Shown piece by piece: positions 43,281 to 44,854 of a stretch of 44,854 nucleotides of DNA (position 1 is the first letter of the stretch; the number at the start of each line of letters is the position of its first letter). The position numbers and the translations under genes are program-made. The notes beneath the pieces are model-generated. The model was not told where the DNA came from. It saw only the letters and a program-made list of their open reading frames with translations, and did no database searches. Origin of the DNA: Thermoplasmata archaeon (GTDB taxonomy: Archaea > Thermoplasmatota > Thermoplasmata > Lutacidiplasmatales > UBA184); contig JAKIWX010000003.1 in assembly GCA_022749845.1 (NCBI GenBank), positions 1 to 44,854 of the forward strand. Reading direction: 5' to 3'.

Positions 43281-43838
43281 GTGCCTCGACGCCTTGCAGC
43301 CCCTGTCAAGATCGGCATCACCGGCCTACCCGGGTCCGGCAAGACCCAGACGCTGCTGCGCATCATCCAGCTCCTCGAGCAGGAGGGCATCCGGGTGGGC
43401 GGCATGGTGACGGAGCCCATCGAGGATCACCACCGGCGCTCGGGGTTCCAGATCACGAACTGGCTCACGAAGGAGCACGAGGTGTTCGCCCACGAGTCGC
43501 TCAAGTCCCGCGTCCGATCGGGGCGGTACGGCGTGAACTTGGGCGCCCTCGAGGGGCTCGGCGTGCGCTCGCTCGCCGAGGCCCGCGAGAGCGCCGACGT
43601 CATCGTCATCGACGAAGTGGGCAAGATGGAGGTCGAGAGCGAGCCGTTCACGCACTCCGTCGTCGACACGCTCGACGCCGACAAGTCGATCGTGATGACG
43701 CTCCACAAGAAGTCGCGGAACCCGCTGCTCCAGGACATCCGCCGGAGGGATGAGCTACGTCTGCTCGAGGTGACGCCGGTGAACAAGAACCTGCTCGCCT
43801 TCAAGATCGTGAAGCTGCTCACGGGCCGGGCTCACTAG
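43281..43838 (+). CDS. Nucleoside-triphosphatase THEP1/NTPase_1 family
   Basis: ITGLPGSGKT, GGMVTE, GRYGVN, VIDEVGKME, TLH. CCTTAAGG lies 25 nt upstream. Confidence 0.93.
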   Translation: MPRRLAAPVKIGITGLPGSGKTQTLLRIIQLLEQEGIRVGGMVTEPIEDHHRRSGFQITNWLTKEHEVFAHESLKSRVRSGRYGVNLGALEGLGVRSLAEARESADVIVIDEVGKMEVESEPFTHSVVDTLDADKSIVMTLHKKSRNPLLQDIRRRDELRLLEVTPVNKNLLAFKIVKLLTGRAH

Positions 43839-43843
43839 CCGGC

Positions 43844-44854
43844 GTCCGACCCGCCCGCGAGGGAGGGACCGACCTCCTCCTTCCGCCGGCGCCCTCCAAG
43901 CGCGGCCCCGCGCGCCGCGCCGCCGTGTTCTACAACCCCGCGATGGCGATCGACCGCGACATCGGCGTCGCGGTGCTCAGTGCCTGGGCCTCGGCCCGGG
44001 GGCGGAGGGTGCGGGCGTGGGAGATGCTCGCGGCGACCGGAGTTCGCGGCCTGAGGCTCCTGGCAGAGAGCCCGGCGCTCGGGCACCTCGATCTCACCGA
44101 GGCGAACCCGGTAGCGTTCGAGGTGCTCGCGCGCAACGCCGCGGCCTTCGCGGGGCGCGGAGCCTCGGCACTCCGTGCCGATGCCCGGCTCGATCCGCCC
44201 GGTTCGGGGTACGACTACGTCGAACTCGACCCGTACGGATCCCCGCTGCCGTTTCTCGACTCCGCGCTCCGCTCGCTCGCGCCGGACGGTCTCCTCGGGG
44301 TGACGGCCACCGACCTCATGGTGCTCGCGGGCCCCCAGCCGGCGGTCTGCGAGAGGAAGTATGGCGCGCGACCCGTCCGCGGCTGGCTCGGGCCGGAGGG
44401 CGGCCTCCGCATCCTGATCGCCGTGCTCGCCCGGACCGCCCGCGCGCGCGGACGCAGGGTCCACCTCCGGCTCGCCTACGTCCTCGGCCATCACCTTCGC
44501 GTCTACGCGGAATTCCCTCCGGGCGACGGGACCGAGGCTGACCCGGTCGGCCTCGTCGGAGGCGACCCGGCGGCCGGACCCCCGCTCGGGGGAACCGGAC
44601 CGTTCGGCCCGCTCTGGACCGGACCCATCTTCGACGGCGCTCTCCTCGGAGGCCTCGCCGTGCCGAACACGGCCTCCGACCCCCTCGCACTCTCCCGATT
44701 GTTCGCTCGGTGGAAGGAGGAGAGCGGGGCGGACGCGCCGTTCGCCTACGAACCGAACCGGCTCGCGGCCGTGCTCGAGCTCGTGGAGCCACCTTCGCTG
44801 GGCCGTCTCCTCGAGGAGCTCAGGGGACGCGGGTTCGCGGCCGCGCGGAGCCAC
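43844..44854 (+). CDS. trm1: tRNA (guanine26-N2)-dimethyltransferase Trm1 (3' end runs off window; start uncertain)
   Basis: Not in the ORF track. Manual translation gives REGGTDLLLP...KRGP...AVFYNPAMAIDRD, EMLAATGVRGLR, ELDPYGSP, GVTATD, EGGLRIL, GPLWTGPI, open to the window end. The first canonical start is GTG 43925. Confidence 0.93.

Noticed and set aside
2483-43838. Pyrrolysine or selenocysteine recoding
   Set aside because: TAG ends many well-defined genes at their expected C-termini (korA, korB, flippase, rps7, rpoP, NTPase). No conserved gene is interrupted by an in-frame TAG or TGA.
43830-43930. NTPase-Trm1 fusion by stop readthrough
   Set aside because: The two genes are in different frames; readthrough of TAG 43836-43838 yields non-Trm1 sequence.
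743-44854. Many long antisense or alternate-frame ORFs (e.g. 743-2557 -, 2172-3389 -, 15169-17169 -, 20196-22613 -, 23373-25010 +, 34988-36736 +, 43835-44854 -)
   Set aside because: They shadow well-identified genes, are rich in R/G/P/A or show the mirror-codon pattern, and have no family motifs. This is expected in GC-rich DNA where stops are rare.
1-44854. CRISPR arrays, IS elements, integrases, prophage or defence genes, rRNA/tRNA
   Set aside because: No regularly spaced repeats, terminal inverted repeats, transposase or recombinase motifs, or RNA-gene signatures were seen. Nearly all bases are accounted for by housekeeping CDSs and short promoter gaps.

Overview
A GC-rich (roughly 70% by eye), gene-dense archaeal chromosome segment made almost entirely of housekeeping genes. 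The EF-2, uS12 and Trm1 sequences resemble Thermoplasmata proteins as I recall them, so a high-GC Thermoplasmata lineage is my inference. Left to right: moaE-moaD; a two-subunit 2-oxoacid:ferredoxin oxidoreductase; an envelope cluster (GT-C-like membrane protein, Wzx-like flippase, two orphans, DedA, MacB/LolCDE-like ABC transporter); pyrC / purM-EamA; family B DNA polymerase; rps12-rps7-EF-2; the proteasome/exosome superoperon (psmA, SBDS, rrp4, rrp41, rrp42, rpl37ae, rpoP) continued by an RNase J-like gene, radB and ogt; a YyaL/SPATA20-like protein; a phosphoesterase and HTH regulator on a shared promoter; a degenerate TraB-like protein; a coiled-coil protein plus P-loop kinase; glyS; an amidohydrolase; pfkB-moeA-moaA-purQ-methyltransferase; HemK2; NTPase; Trm1 (partial). 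I found no rRNA, tRNA, CRISPR array, transposase, integrase or intein. The leading candidates for new biology are: (1) a ~100-nt, four-hairpin 5' leader before moaD-moaE that resembles a Moco/tungsten-cofactor riboswitch, in a genome whose other genes look mostly leaderless; (2) an EF-2 in the normal str-operon position with substitutions in three GTPase motifs; (3) frequent apparently leaderless GUG starts plus two genes whose coding signal begins with no canonical start codon; (4) a GT-C/flippase/DedA/ABC cluster that could be a lipid-carrier glycosylation and recycling module; (5) several inverted repeats centred on TATA boxes. All family assignments come from motif recognition by eye; no searches were run.
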